Made by a program: the position numbers and the translations under genes
In this document: one piece after another, positions 10,780 through 19,489 of the stretch
How the letters are laid out: each line of letters opens with the position of its first letter
Position numbering within the stretch: the first letter of the stretch is position 1
Source of the DNA: Trueperaceae bacterium
Lineage (GTDB): Bacteria > Deinococcota > Deinococci > Deinococcales > Trueperaceae
DNA: 64,000 bases
Direction of reading: 5' to 3'
NCBI GenBank assembly: GCA_965215565.1
Contig: CBDCDZ010000004.1
Location: 672,001-736,000, forward strand
The notes under the pieces: model-generated
What the model was told of the DNA's origin: nothing
The model's database searches: none
What the model saw: the letters and a program-made list of their open reading frames with translations, nothing else

Positions 10780-10800
10780 TTAATATACGGATACCTGCTA

Positions 10801-10841
10801 AAAAAACGGAAGAGGTCCGCTTTCTAAAGCGGACCTCTTCC
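10801..10841 (-). terminator. Intrinsic terminator of the aconitase gene
   Basis: GGAAGAGGTCCGCTTT/AAAGCGGACCTCTTCC hairpin followed by a U-tract on the minus strand. Confidence 0.85.
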
Positions 10842-10865
10842 CTCTATTCTCAGTTCTCTGTAGAC

Positions 10866-12815
10866 CTAACCCGCCGCGCCCAAACGCTCGCGCACTTGGT
10901 TGATCAGGCTACCCGCCAAGACCATATCGACTTGACGCGCGCTCATCTCGTGCTCCGCTTTGTAGCTCTCCCCTTTCGTCTCGTTGACGACTGTGACCGT
11001 AGCGCTCCCTTCGAGGGCGTCACGCACGCCCTCGAGTTTCAACGTGTCCCCTTGTTCGATCTTATCGAAGTCGGCTGGGTCAGCGAAGGTGAGGGGCAAG
11101 ATGCCGAAGTTATTGAGGTTCTGCCAGTGGATGCGGGCGAAGCTCTTAGCTAAAACGGCTTTGACACCCAGATAGCGCGGGGCGATGGCGGCGTGTTCGC
11201 GGCTCGAGCCTTGCCCGTAGTTGTCGCCACCGACAATCATCGAGCCGCCCTCGTCTTTGACCTCTAGCGCCCGCTCCGTATACGACGGGTCCACCTGATA
11301 GTAGACGAACTCGCTGATCTTAGGAATGTTCGAGCGGTAGGGCAGCACGTTGGAGCCGGCGGGCATGATCTCGTCCGTGGAGATGTCGTCGCCCACTTTG
11401 AGAAGGACGGGCAGCGTCAACGTATCGGACAGCGGCTCGAAGGGGGGCAGGTCTTGAACGTTGGGTCCTTTGATGATCTCGACCTCTTCCCCGTCTTGGG
11501 GCGGCTCGTGGATCATGCGGGCGTTGACGGTGATCTCAGACGGCTCTTTATACTGCGGGTAGGGCATGTCCAGCGTGCGCGGGTCGGTGATGACGCCTGT
11601 AAGCGCCGAAGCCGTCGCCGTTTCGGGGCTGCAGAGGTGCACCGCGTCCTCTTCGGTGCCGCTGCGCCCAGGGAAGTTGCGCGGCACGGTGCGCAAGCTG
11701 ATGCGCCCCGTCGCGGGCGCTTGACCCATGCCGATGCAGCCGTTACAGCCCGCCTGGTGAAGGCGTCCGCCGCTGCGGATGAGCGAGGCGAGGTGGCCCT
11801 CTTCGGTTAAGTTTTCTAGGATTTGCCTCGAGCTGGGATTGATATCGAAGGACACGTCGGTGTGAACCTGCTTGTCCTCGACCATCATCGCGGGCACCGC
11901 GAAGTCGCGCATCCCAGGGTTCGCCGACGAGCCGATATAGGCTTGGTAGATTTTCTTGCCCGCCACGTCGCTGACCGGCACGACGTTTCCGGGGCTCGAA
12001 GGCAACGCGATCATCGGCTCGACCGTGGCGAGGTCAAGCTCCTCAATCTTATCGTACTCCGCGCCCTCGTCCGCGACGATTTCTACCCAGTTGTCCTCGC
12101 GCCCTTGCGACTTGAGGAAGCGCTTGATCTCGCCGTCGGACGGGAAGACTGTGCTCGTCGCGCCCATCTCAGTGCCCATGTTCGCAATCACGTGGCGGTC
12201 CATCGCCGAGAGGTTGTCTAAACCGGGTCCGAAATACTCGATGACGTAGCCCTTCGCGCCGTCCACGTCGTAGCGGCGCAGCATCTCCAGCACAACATCT
12301 TTGGCGCTGACCCAGTCTTGCAGTTCGCCCATGAGCTTCACGCCTAAAACTTTGGGCATCTTGATGTATAAGGGCTCGCCCGCCATCGCCAAGCAGACCT
12401 CTAAACCGCCCGCGCCGATAGCCAGCATGCCCATCGAGCCCGCAGCGGGCGTGTGCGAGTCGGAGCCTACGAGCGTCTTGCCAGGAATGCCGAAGCGCTC
12501 CATATGGACGGCGTGCGAGATGCCGTTGCCGGGGCGCGAGAAGTAAACGCCGAACTTTTCGCAGGCGCTCTGTAAGAAGAGGTGATCGTCCGGGTTCTTG
12601 TGATCCGCTTGGATGAGGTTGTGGTCCACGTACTGCGCGGAGAGTTCGGTTTTGACCTTGGGGAGACCCAACGCTTCGAACTCGAGCATCACCAGCGTCC
12701 CCGTTGCATCTTGCGTCAAGGTCTGGTCCATCTTGAGCCCGATCTCTTGGCCCGCCGTCATCTCGCCGTCGACGAGGTGGCTTTTGGTGAGTTTTTGTGT
12801 GACGTTTTGCGCCAT
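10866..12815 (-). CDS. Aconitate hydratase (compact 649-aa type)
   Basis: QDATGT, DHN, DSHT, CNGCIG, RNFPGR, GSSREHA motifs. Confidence 0.92.
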   Translation of the reverse strand: MAQNVTQKLTKSHLVDGEMTAGQEIGLKMDQTLTQDATGTLVMLEFEALGLPKVKTELSAQYVDHNLIQADHKNPDDHLFLQSACEKFGVYFSRPGNGISHAVHMERFGIPGKTLVGSDSHTPAAGSMGMLAIGAGGLEVCLAMAGEPLYIKMPKVLGVKLMGELQDWVSAKDVVLEMLRRYDVDGAKGYVIEYFGPGLDNLSAMDRHVIANMGTEMGATSTVFPSDGEIKRFLKSQGREDNWVEIVADEGAEYDKIEELDLATVEPMIALPSSPGNVVPVSDVAGKKIYQAYIGSSANPGMRDFAVPAMMVEDKQVHTDVSFDINPSSRQILENLTEEGHLASLIRSGGRLHQAGCNGCIGMGQAPATGRISLRTVPRNFPGRSGTEEDAVHLCSPETATASALTGVITDPRTLDMPYPQYKEPSEITVNARMIHEPPQDGEEVEIIKGPNVQDLPPFEPLSDTLTLPVLLKVGDDISTDEIMPAGSNVLPYRSNIPKISEFVYYQVDPSYTERALEVKDEGGSMIVGGDNYGQGSSREHAAIAPRYLGVKAVLAKSFARIHWQNLNNFGILPLTFADPADFDKIEQGDTLKLEGVRDALEGSATVTVVNETKGESYKAEHEMSARQVDMVLAGSLINQVRERLGAAG

Positions 12816-13079
12816 GCTTCACCCTCCTTGTGGTGACAAATTAACTGTATCTGCTGCTCTAAGCGTAGCGCATGGCGGGCGTTAATAACGTAGTTCATCT
12901 CTAAGTCGCACCTATTGTCACTCCACAAAGGGCGAGGTCCGGTTTAGCCTCACAACCCGCGCCCTATCTATCTCCTCGCCGAAAAGTGGTGCCAGCGCAA
13001 GCGCGACGCACCTTGAACCAAGCGAGATGGGCTGCTCTAAGCCCGTCAGCGCGGCGCTGCGATTTCTCGGCGGCTACAT

Positions 13080-13988
13080 TTAGTCGTCCGCGCCGCCACT
13101 CACCGAGTCGCCCGGTATGTCCCCACCAAAGTCACCTCCGGTGGCGCTCTCATCCCCTATCTCTCCGCCGGGACCTTCTTCGCCATCTTCATCAGGTGCG
13201 CCGCCCGTCTCGGACCCTCCGGTGAACTCACCTACGTCCTCGTCAAAGTCCTCTTCGTCCTCCTCGAAGTCATCCTCGAAATCCTCGTCGAACTCGCCGT
13301 CCGGCGCGCCGCCCGTCTCGTCACCGCCGCTAGGGTCTAGCTCGGCGGGCGCGCCGAATACGTAGGCTTCGCGCAGGCGCGCCACGTCGTCGTCGTCCAC
13401 GACGCCGTCACCGTTGAGGTCGCCCGAGACGCCGACGCCACTCTGCCCGAAGGCGGCGGCGAGGTCTGCGAGGTCGTAGAAGTCCACAGTGCCGTCGCGG
13501 TTGACATCTTCGGCGGCGAAGCTCTCGAGGCTCGAGATCGCCCCCCTGTCCGCTTCGCTCAGGCTCGCGGCTGCGCCCGCCGGGAAGACGGGATTCATGA
13601 CGCCGCTCTCGTCGCCGCTCAGTGTGCCCAGACCGAGCAAGACGCCCGTCTCGTGCAAGAGGGCGCGGCGGCGGAGGTCGTTTTGAGGCTCCAACGTCGG
13701 GTTGAGCAGAATGACGACGCGGCGGGTGTCGGCTTCCGTGCGCTGCACGGTCAGCGAATACGTCTCCGGTCCGAAGTCGTCACCGCCGCCGTAGCGGACG
13801 CGGTTCTGCGCCTCTTCGGTGACGTCCGCTTCGATGTTCGCGCCCTCGACACCCTCCCACGTCGAGAACGCCGCCGCCACCGCGTCCGCCAAGTTGGGCG
13901 GACCCCCTTCGCCGTTCACCTGATAGTCGATGGCGAGCACCAAGCCGCCCAGAATGAGACTGCCCAGCGCAATACCTAACCGCCTCAC
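13080..13988 (-). CDS. Secreted matrixin-like domain (degenerate zinc motif) plus dockerin-like domain plus acidic tail
   Basis: LLHETGVLLGL...SGVMNP; duplicated Ca-loops DVNRDGTVDFYDL and DLNGDGVVDDDDV. Confidence 0.75.
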   Translation of the reverse strand: MRRLGIALGSLILGGLVLAIDYQVNGEGGPPNLADAVAAAFSTWEGVEGANIEADVTEEAQNRVRYGGGDDFGPETYSLTVQRTEADTRRVVILLNPTLEPQNDLRRRALLHETGVLLGLGTLSGDESGVMNPVFPAGAAASLSEADRGAISSLESFAAEDVNRDGTVDFYDLADLAAAFGQSGVGVSGDLNGDGVVDDDDVARLREAYVFGAPAELDPSGGDETGGAPDGEFDEDFEDDFEEDEEDFDEDVGEFTGGSETGGAPDEDGEEGPGGEIGDESATGGDFGGDIPGDSVSGGADD

Positions 13989-14551
13989 TGGGGGTCCTCG
14001 AAGCGCGTCACGAGCGCGTCTAGGAGGGCGTCGGTGCCCGCGCCCGCGCCGTCACGGGTGACCTCGCCCGCTTCGTCTAAGCTGAGTACGCGCCCCGTTT
14101 CGTCGCGAAAGCCCTCCTCGGACAGCCGCCACAGCCCCTGCGAAAAGCCCACGATAGGCGAGTAGTAGGGCGCGTCGTATGCGAACACGATGACCTCTTC
14201 GCCCAAGTTGAGCTGCGGCATCCCCGTTACGACGAGCGAGCGCCCGTCGTCCAACGTACCGCCCAAAAAGGCGAGCGTCGCCGTTTCGCCCAGCTCGCCC
14301 GTCAGCGCGCGCGTTACATCGAAGGTGACGACGGTGTAGGGGTCTCCGTCACGCTCCTCGACGTTCACCTCGGAGACCGTACCGTAAAAAGCGGTCTCGG
14401 CGCGCGTGGTGAGTTCGTCCAGCGTGAGTTCGGCGTAGGTCGTAGCGAAGGCGCACGCCGCGGTGAGAAGGGCTAGGGCGGCGACGAGGAGACGGCGCTG
14501 TCCTCTCGCCCACTGTATTCTGGCTTGCTCAGAGGTCGTTGGTAGTTTCAT
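13985..14551 (-). CDS. Secreted protein resembling domains that accompany matrixin proteases
   Basis: Signal peptide; LDELTTRAE..GTV, GG....VTGMP..GE.V.VF, VG..QG pattern; 4-bp overlap with next gene. Confidence 0.65.
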   Translation of the reverse strand: MKLPTTSEQARIQWARGQRRLLVAALALLTAACAFATTYAELTLDELTTRAETAFYGTVSEVNVEERDGDPYTVVTFDVTRALTGELGETATLAFLGGTLDDGRSLVVTGMPQLNLGEEVIVFAYDAPYYSPIVGFSQGLWRLSEEGFRDETGRVLSLDEAGEVTRDGAGAGTDALLDALVTRFEDPQ

Positions 14552-15396
14552 CAGTCGTTATCTCCGTCAATGTTGGGGTCATCGGTAGGGTCTCCCGAAC
14601 CGCCCGTCTCGTCGCCACTCGCGTCGTCCAAGGTGTCGTCAAGGGTGTCATCGTCAAACGTATCTGGCGCAACGCCGCGCGTGACCTCCGCGAAGGCAAA
14701 GGCGCTATCGGCGGCGCGGAACTCGGTGCGGGCGGTGACTTCGGTTGTGCTGGGCTCGAGGGGTCTCAAATCGAAGGTGAAGATGCGAGCGCCCCCCGAA
14801 AACGCCTCGCCTAAAAACGCCACGTCCACGTTGAGTTCGCCCTCCTCGGCCTCCCTGAAGAACGCGATACGTCCGCGCGTCGCGCGGACGCTACCCGGCA
14901 CGAGTTCGAAGCGGTTGGCGTCCCAGGTGAGGAGCGTGCGAAACGCCCTCAAGTCGCGGGCGTCGCTTATGCTCACAGGCACGGTGAACACCTCGCTCAT
15001 CTCGGTCTCCGGGACGCTGAGGTCGAGCGTGGCGGGGGGCGGCACCGTGACCTCTAAGGTGTACTCCTGGAAGGTCTCGGAGAGGTTGGCGTCCGAAACG
15101 CTCACCGTGAAGGTAAAGGAGCCCGCTTCGGTGGGCGTGCCGCGCAGCGTCGCCCCTTGCAATTCCAGACCTGGCGGCAGCGCGCCTCGGCTCACCTCGT
15201 AATTGTAAGGACCGAGCCCCCCAAGGACCTCGACGTCGTCGCTATATACTTCACCGATAAAGGCGGGGTCTAAGGTCTGCTCGAAGATGCGCAGCCGCTC
15301 GCCCGGCGTGTCGATTTCGGTGCCGCAGCTTAGCAGCGCGCCCGCGAGCAGGCTGAACACGAGGACCGAAAGAGAATGGCGGAAGGGATGGGTCAT
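14551..15396 (-). CDS. Lipoprotein with Ig-like domain and cohesin-like domain
   Basis: Lipobox LLSC; GALPPGL..GTPTEAGSFTFTV Ig pattern; TVPVSIS..L.WD...FEL..SG...FTF cohesin-like pattern. Confidence 0.7.
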   Translation of the reverse strand: MTHPFRHSLSVLVFSLLAGALLSCGTEIDTPGERLRIFEQTLDPAFIGEVYSDDVEVLGGLGPYNYEVSRGALPPGLELQGATLRGTPTEAGSFTFTVSVSDANLSETFQEYTLEVTVPPPATLDLSVPETEMSEVFTVPVSISDARDLRAFRTLLTWDANRFELVPGSVRATRGRIAFFREAEEGELNVDVAFLGEAFSGGARIFTFDLRPLEPSTTEVTARTEFRAADSAFAFAEVTRGVAPDTFDDDTLDDTLDDASGDETGGSGDPTDDPNIDGDND

Positions 15397-15466
15397 GCTG
15401 CTCAGCGTATCAGGTTCGGCTTAGAGGAGTTTTAGAACGGGGACAATGTGAGGTTTTTGGCAAGAA

Positions 15467-15692
15467 CAGCAGGTATCCGTATATTAAATGAGGTGCTGCT
15501 AGGCAGCAAACTGCGTAACTAAGTACTCCAGCCTAAATAATCTAAACTATTTTGGAAAGATTTCTCCCTGTAAGATGCGTTTCGTCAACCTCTTTAGTTT
15601 AGGTTATTTCCACGCACCTACTTATCATGTATATTCTGAGATGAGATTCCGTTAAGCTGCGCCTAACTGTCTCAATATGTCACGGAACTGCT
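15467..15692 (-). mobile_element. Degenerate MITE A copy carrying an IS110 left-end junction
   Basis: 15468-15487 is identical to the reverse complement of 10780-10799; MITE start AGCAGTTCCGTGACATATTGAGACA read on minus from 15692. Confidence 0.75.
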
Positions 15693-15753
15693 CTCATAAA
15701 GACGCATACATGAAGACGCGTAGCGCGGTTCACCGCACTGATAAGATGCCCCT

Positions 15754-16338
15754 ATGAATATCGCTACAGTGCTCTATCACGAGGTTCACGAGCTGGATGT
15801 GGTCAGTGTGTATAGCGTGATCCGTGCGGCGTCGAATTCCGTAGCAGAAGATGACCTCAACCTCTTCACCACGGCGAAGTCGCGCAACTCGGTGCAGACC
15901 TCCGGCGGGCTGACCGTCACACCGCAGTGGGCGTTCATGAGCGCGCCCGAGCCAGACGTGCTCGTCATTCCGGGGGGCGCAGGCGTGGACGCGGCGAGCC
16001 GCGACAAGGCGCTGACCTCTTACTTGAAGGACAGAGCGGCGGGGGCGCGGCTGCTCGTGAGCGTCGGCACGGGCGCGTTTTTGCTGGGCGAACTTGGGCT
16101 TTTGCGCGATCTGCGGGCGACGACGTGGCTGCCACTCCGTGAGCGGCTACTAGACTACGAAGTCGGCGAGGTGGTCGAGGCGAGAGTCGTTAAAAACGAG
16201 CGCATCTGGTGCGCGGGCGGCGCGTCGGCGGGGTTGGACGTGGGGTTGGAGCTGCTGCACGAGTTTTACGGTGAAGAAATCGCGGCGAAGGCGGCGGAAC
16301 GCCTCGCGTATCCCTTTTGGCAGCCCGTAGCGCTGTAA
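15754..16338 (+). CDS. DJ-1/PfpI family protein
   Basis: DVLVIPGG and SVGTGAFLL (usual Cys replaced by Gly). Confidence 0.85.
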   Translation: MNIATVLYHEVHELDVVSVYSVIRAASNSVAEDDLNLFTTAKSRNSVQTSGGLTVTPQWAFMSAPEPDVLVIPGGAGVDAASRDKALTSYLKDRAAGARLLVSVGTGAFLLGELGLLRDLRATTWLPLRERLLDYEVGEVVEARVVKNERIWCAGGASAGLDVGLELLHEFYGEEIAAKAAERLAYPFWQPVAL

Positions 16339-16342
16339 GGTC

Positions 16343-17254
16343 ATGCAGGTCTTGAACTGCCCGGTTGACGAAGCGATGTGGCGACGGTGGGAGGCGCATT
16401 TTGCGCCCCAAGCGCAACCTTTCTTTCTCTCTGAAGGTTGCGCAGGTATGTTTGCGTCACAGGTGCGCTGGACGCGGCGCGAGTTCGGCGAGATGCGTGC
16501 GCCACTCAGTCTCAGTGATACGTTTCAGCTTTATGAGGTCAGGGCCGAAGCAACGTGGGCGTTGTGGTTGGACGAAGCAGCGTTCTTTAGCCTGTCGGCG
16601 TCGGCGCGGCGTCTGCTGCTTGAGGAGCAGCGACGTTTAGGGCGCGGCGGTGTGGTTGCTTTGGATGATTGGCTGGATAAGGCTGGACCTGCTGACAGCG
16701 TTCTGCTCGAGGCGGCGGCGGACGGCAGTTCGTTCGTCTGGTGGACCTCTTTGTGGCGCAAGCTTACGCCCGCTCTTCGTCGGCGTGTCTTACTGTCCTT
16801 CGTCGCATCTGAACGGCTACCTTGCGAGCGCCACAACCTTTCTAAGGAACGTTGGCAAGAGGTTGACGCCCGCTTTCCGGCTGTTCGCTCCTTAACGGGC
16901 ATGTTCGTTTCTGAAAGCGGCGCGAACTGCTTGAGCACGGTGGTGGCGGCGTGCGGCGTTCCTGCGGTAGCTGAGGTCTGGCTCCACTCGGCTCCTTTTT
17001 CGAGGTGGTTAGAGGCTCGAGCGACAGAGACGGACGATCTCGACGCGCTAGGAACAGTTCTGGTGTGGCGGTCGCAGGATGAAGTTCAACACGCGGCACT
17101 TTGTTTGGGTGACGGCTGGGCGCTCCACAAGGAGGCGCAGGCGTGGTTCGCGCCGCGTCAGGTGGCGGCGCTGAGTGACGTGAGAAAACGTTGGGACACA
17201 CCGGACAGTTCGGTCACGGGGTACGCCGTAGAGTGGAGCCATAGAAAGAGGTGA
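16343..17254 (+). CDS. Hypothetical protein with possible C-terminal papain/NlpC-like Cys-His domain
   Basis: SGANCLS and QHAALCLGDG motifs. Confidence 0.55.
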   Translation: MQVLNCPVDEAMWRRWEAHFAPQAQPFFLSEGCAGMFASQVRWTRREFGEMRAPLSLSDTFQLYEVRAEATWALWLDEAAFFSLSASARRLLLEEQRRLGRGGVVALDDWLDKAGPADSVLLEAAADGSSFVWWTSLWRKLTPALRRRVLLSFVASERLPCERHNLSKERWQEVDARFPAVRSLTGMFVSESGANCLSTVVAACGVPAVAEVWLHSAPFSRWLEARATETDDLDALGTVLVWRSQDEVQHAALCLGDGWALHKEAQAWFAPRQVAALSDVRKRWDTPDSSVTGYAVEWSHRKR

Positions 17255-17935
17255 GTGATGGCCCGAGTCATCGTCTTTGATGTGAATGAAACGCTTTTAG
17301 ACTTGAACGATCTAGCCCCGTATTTCGAGCGTGCGTTTGGCGATAGAGCGGTGCTGGACGCTTGGTTCAAGCAGATGATTGAGTCCGCGATGGTCGGCGT
17401 GATTACGGGTGCGTACGCGGACTTCGGTGAGGTGGCGCGAGCGGCTTTGGAGATGACCGCTAAGCGCGAAGGGGTTGACCTCTCCGAGGAAGACAGAAAC
17501 GCCATTTTGATGGGCGTGCGTAAATTGCCCCCGCATCCCGAGGTGAGAGACGCACTAGAAACCTTACAAGAGGGTGGTTTACGCCTCGCCGCCTTGACCA
17601 ATTCAACATTAGAGGTGGCGCAGTCACAACTGACACAAGCAGGCTTAGCAGGGCTTTTCGAACAGATTCTTTCGGCCGACAGCGTCAAGCAGCTTAAACC
17701 CGCCGCTGAGGTTTATGAAGAAGCTGCCAAAGCTCTTGGTGTTGAGACCTCTGAGATGCGGCTCGTAGCGGCGCACGCTTGGGATATCGCGGGGGCGATG
17801 AGGGCGGGCTGCGCGGGCGCGTTCGTGGCGCGTCCGGGCAAGGTTTTAGACCCGCTCGCGCCCGAGCCGGATGTGGTGGGGGATGATTTGTTGGAGGTGG
17901 CGCGGAAGATTCTCGAGGTGGAGGGCGCGGTGTAG
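17255..17935 (+). CDS. Haloacid dehalogenase type II
   Basis: FDVNETLLD, LTNS, KP, AAHAWD motifs. Confidence 0.9.
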   Translation: MMARVIVFDVNETLLDLNDLAPYFERAFGDRAVLDAWFKQMIESAMVGVITGAYADFGEVARAALEMTAKREGVDLSEEDRNAILMGVRKLPPHPEVRDALETLQEGGLRLAALTNSTLEVAQSQLTQAGLAGLFEQILSADSVKQLKPAAEVYEEAAKALGVETSEMRLVAAHAWDIAGAMRAGCAGAFVARPGKVLDPLAPEPDVVGDDLLEVARKILEVEGAV

Positions 17936-17983
17936 GGACCGCGAGGTAGCGCTGCGCACGAACCGATGTGAGACAGCGCTGAT

Positions 17984-18012
17984 GTAAGGGAGGGTTTCAA
18001 ACCCTCCCCTAC
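17984..18012 (-). repeat. REP-like palindrome (GTAG type)
   Basis: Minus strand GTAGGGAGGGTTTGAAACCCTCCCTTAC; a similar GTAGGGACAA..TTGCCCCT lies at 45592-45618. Confidence 0.55.
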
Positions 18013-18073
18013 GCCGCTCACTTCATCCCCAAAGACCTCTTGACACCTTCGCCTCGAGCCTGCTAACCTCTTA

Positions 18074-18097
18074 ATATATGAAGATATGTTCAGATAT
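18074..18097 (+). promoter_or_regulatory. SmtB/ArsR-type operator
   Basis: ATATATGAA-N6-TTCAGATAT inverted repeat with TGAA..TTCA core just before the ATG at 18104. Confidence 0.75.
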
Positions 18098-18103
18098 AAG
18101 GCT

Positions 18104-18400
18104 ATGAACAACGAATTCACACAAAACACTGCGATTCAACTCGCCGAACTCTTCCGTACGCTCGGCGACAGCGCCCGCATCCTCATCCTCGCCGCGCTGA
18201 GCGAACGCGAGCACAGCGTGAGCGACCTCGCCGAACGCGCCAACCTGAGCGAGTCCGCCGCCTCACATCACCTGCGGCATCTGCGGCAGACGCGGCTCGT
18301 CAAAGCGAGGAAAGAGGGGCGTCACGTCTTCTATAGCCTGGACGACGAGCACGTAGAGCAGCTCTTGAGGTGCGGACTCGAGCACGTCTTGCACGGCTGA
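18104..18400 (+). CDS. ArsR/SmtB metal-sensing repressor (alpha5 Zn/Co type)
   Basis: SESAASHHLR and YSLDDEHV..LEH motifs. Confidence 0.92.
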   Translation: MNNEFTQNTAIQLAELFRTLGDSARILILAALSEREHSVSDLAERANLSESAASHHLRHLRQTRLVKARKEGRHVFYSLDDEHVEQLLRCGLEHVLHG

Positions 18401-18428
18401 AACCGAGCTTCGCCGAACGCTTAATCTC

Positions 18429-19361
18429 ATGGGGGGAATAGTGGCACACGCTCACTCAGATGGTCACGCGCACTCTCACGCGCCTAAAAACTTCGGACGC
18501 GCCTTCGCGATTGGCATCGGGCTGAATACGCTCTACGTCATCGTCGAAGTCGTCATCGGTCTGAGCATCGGCTCGCTGGGTCTCATCGCCGATGCGGGTC
18601 ATAACGCTAGCGACGTGCTCTCGCTCATCATCGCTTGGGTGGGTGCGAGTTTGGCGCGGCGCAGCCCGAGCGCGCGTTACACGTACGGCTTAAAGCGCTC
18701 ACCGATCATCGCCTCGCTCTTCAACGCGCTCTTACTCTTCGGCGCGATGAGCGTCGTGACCTGGGAGGCGGTTCAGCGACTGCAAGACCCCGCGCCGCTG
18801 CCTGGTCTGACGATAGTCTGGGTGACGCTCGTCGGGCTCGTGGTGAATTTCGGCACGGCGTTTTTGTTCGTGCGCGGGCGCGAAGACCTCAATATCAGGG
18901 GCGCGTTCTTGCACATGATGGCGGACGGGCTCGTGACGCTGGGCGTGCTTCTCGCGGGCGTCGCCTTTATCTTCACGGACGCCTACTGGCTCGACCCCGT
19001 CATCAGCCTCGTCATCGTCGCCGTTGTGCTATGGAGCACCTGGGGGCTCTTCGCGGACGCTATACGTTTGTCGCTCGACGCTGTGCCGGAAGGCATCGAG
19101 CCCGACGAGGTGCATGACTACCTCAGGGGTCTGCCGAGTGTCAAAGAGGTCCACGACCTCCACATCTGGGCGATGAGCACGACTGAAACCGCGCTCACCG
19201 CGCACCTCGTTCTAACCGATGAGGCGGCAGCGGGCAATGGGCTGCTCGAGAGAGCGAACGAGGGCTTGCACGACCGCTTCGAGATCGTGCATACGACGTT
19301 GCAGCTCGAGTACGGCGAGCCCGCCGACCCCTGCGGTCAAGCCTCGCCCGAGGTTGTTTAG
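18429..19361 (+). CDS. czcD: Cation diffusion facilitator, Co/Zn/Cd efflux
   Basis: DAGHNASD, AFLHMMAD, HDLHIW motifs; His-rich N-terminus. Confidence 0.9.
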   Translation: MGGIVAHAHSDGHAHSHAPKNFGRAFAIGIGLNTLYVIVEVVIGLSIGSLGLIADAGHNASDVLSLIIAWVGASLARRSPSARYTYGLKRSPIIASLFNALLLFGAMSVVTWEAVQRLQDPAPLPGLTIVWVTLVGLVVNFGTAFLFVRGREDLNIRGAFLHMMADGLVTLGVLLAGVAFIFTDAYWLDPVISLVIVAVVLWSTWGLFADAIRLSLDAVPEGIEPDEVHDYLRGLPSVKEVHDLHIWAMSTTETALTAHLVLTDEAAAGNGLLERANEGLHDRFEIVHTTLQLEYGEPADPCGQASPEVV

Positions 19362-19489
19362 GAAGGGCGAGAGCTATACCGTTCGCACCGTTTAGGCGAA
19401 TTTATCGGTGGCGTCGAGGTGACCATTGTCCCCCGGACAGCGTGACAAAATGAATCGATGGACTTTCACCGAGAGAGAACCCCCTAGTT

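Larger units (their letters stand above)
9664..10791 (-). mobile_element. Complete IS110-family element (1124 bp plus a 2-bp TC/GA core at each end)
   Basis: GA core at 9664-65 and 10790-91; no long TIR; ~170-bp non-coding left end upstream of the recombinase. Confidence 0.95.
9545..10800 (+). mobile_element. MITE family A copy interrupted by IS110 (MITE parts 9545-9665 and 10792-10800)
   Basis: Removing the IS restores ...AAACCAGATGATACCTGCTA as in intact copies; AAA on both flanks (9542-44, 10801-03). Confidence 0.9.

Noticed and set aside
12169..12822. Long alternative-frame or antisense ORFs (also 14570-15202, 44287-45015, 56828-57598)
   Set aside because: They overlap well-supported genes and have Arg/Ser-rich composition typical of high-GC shadow ORFs
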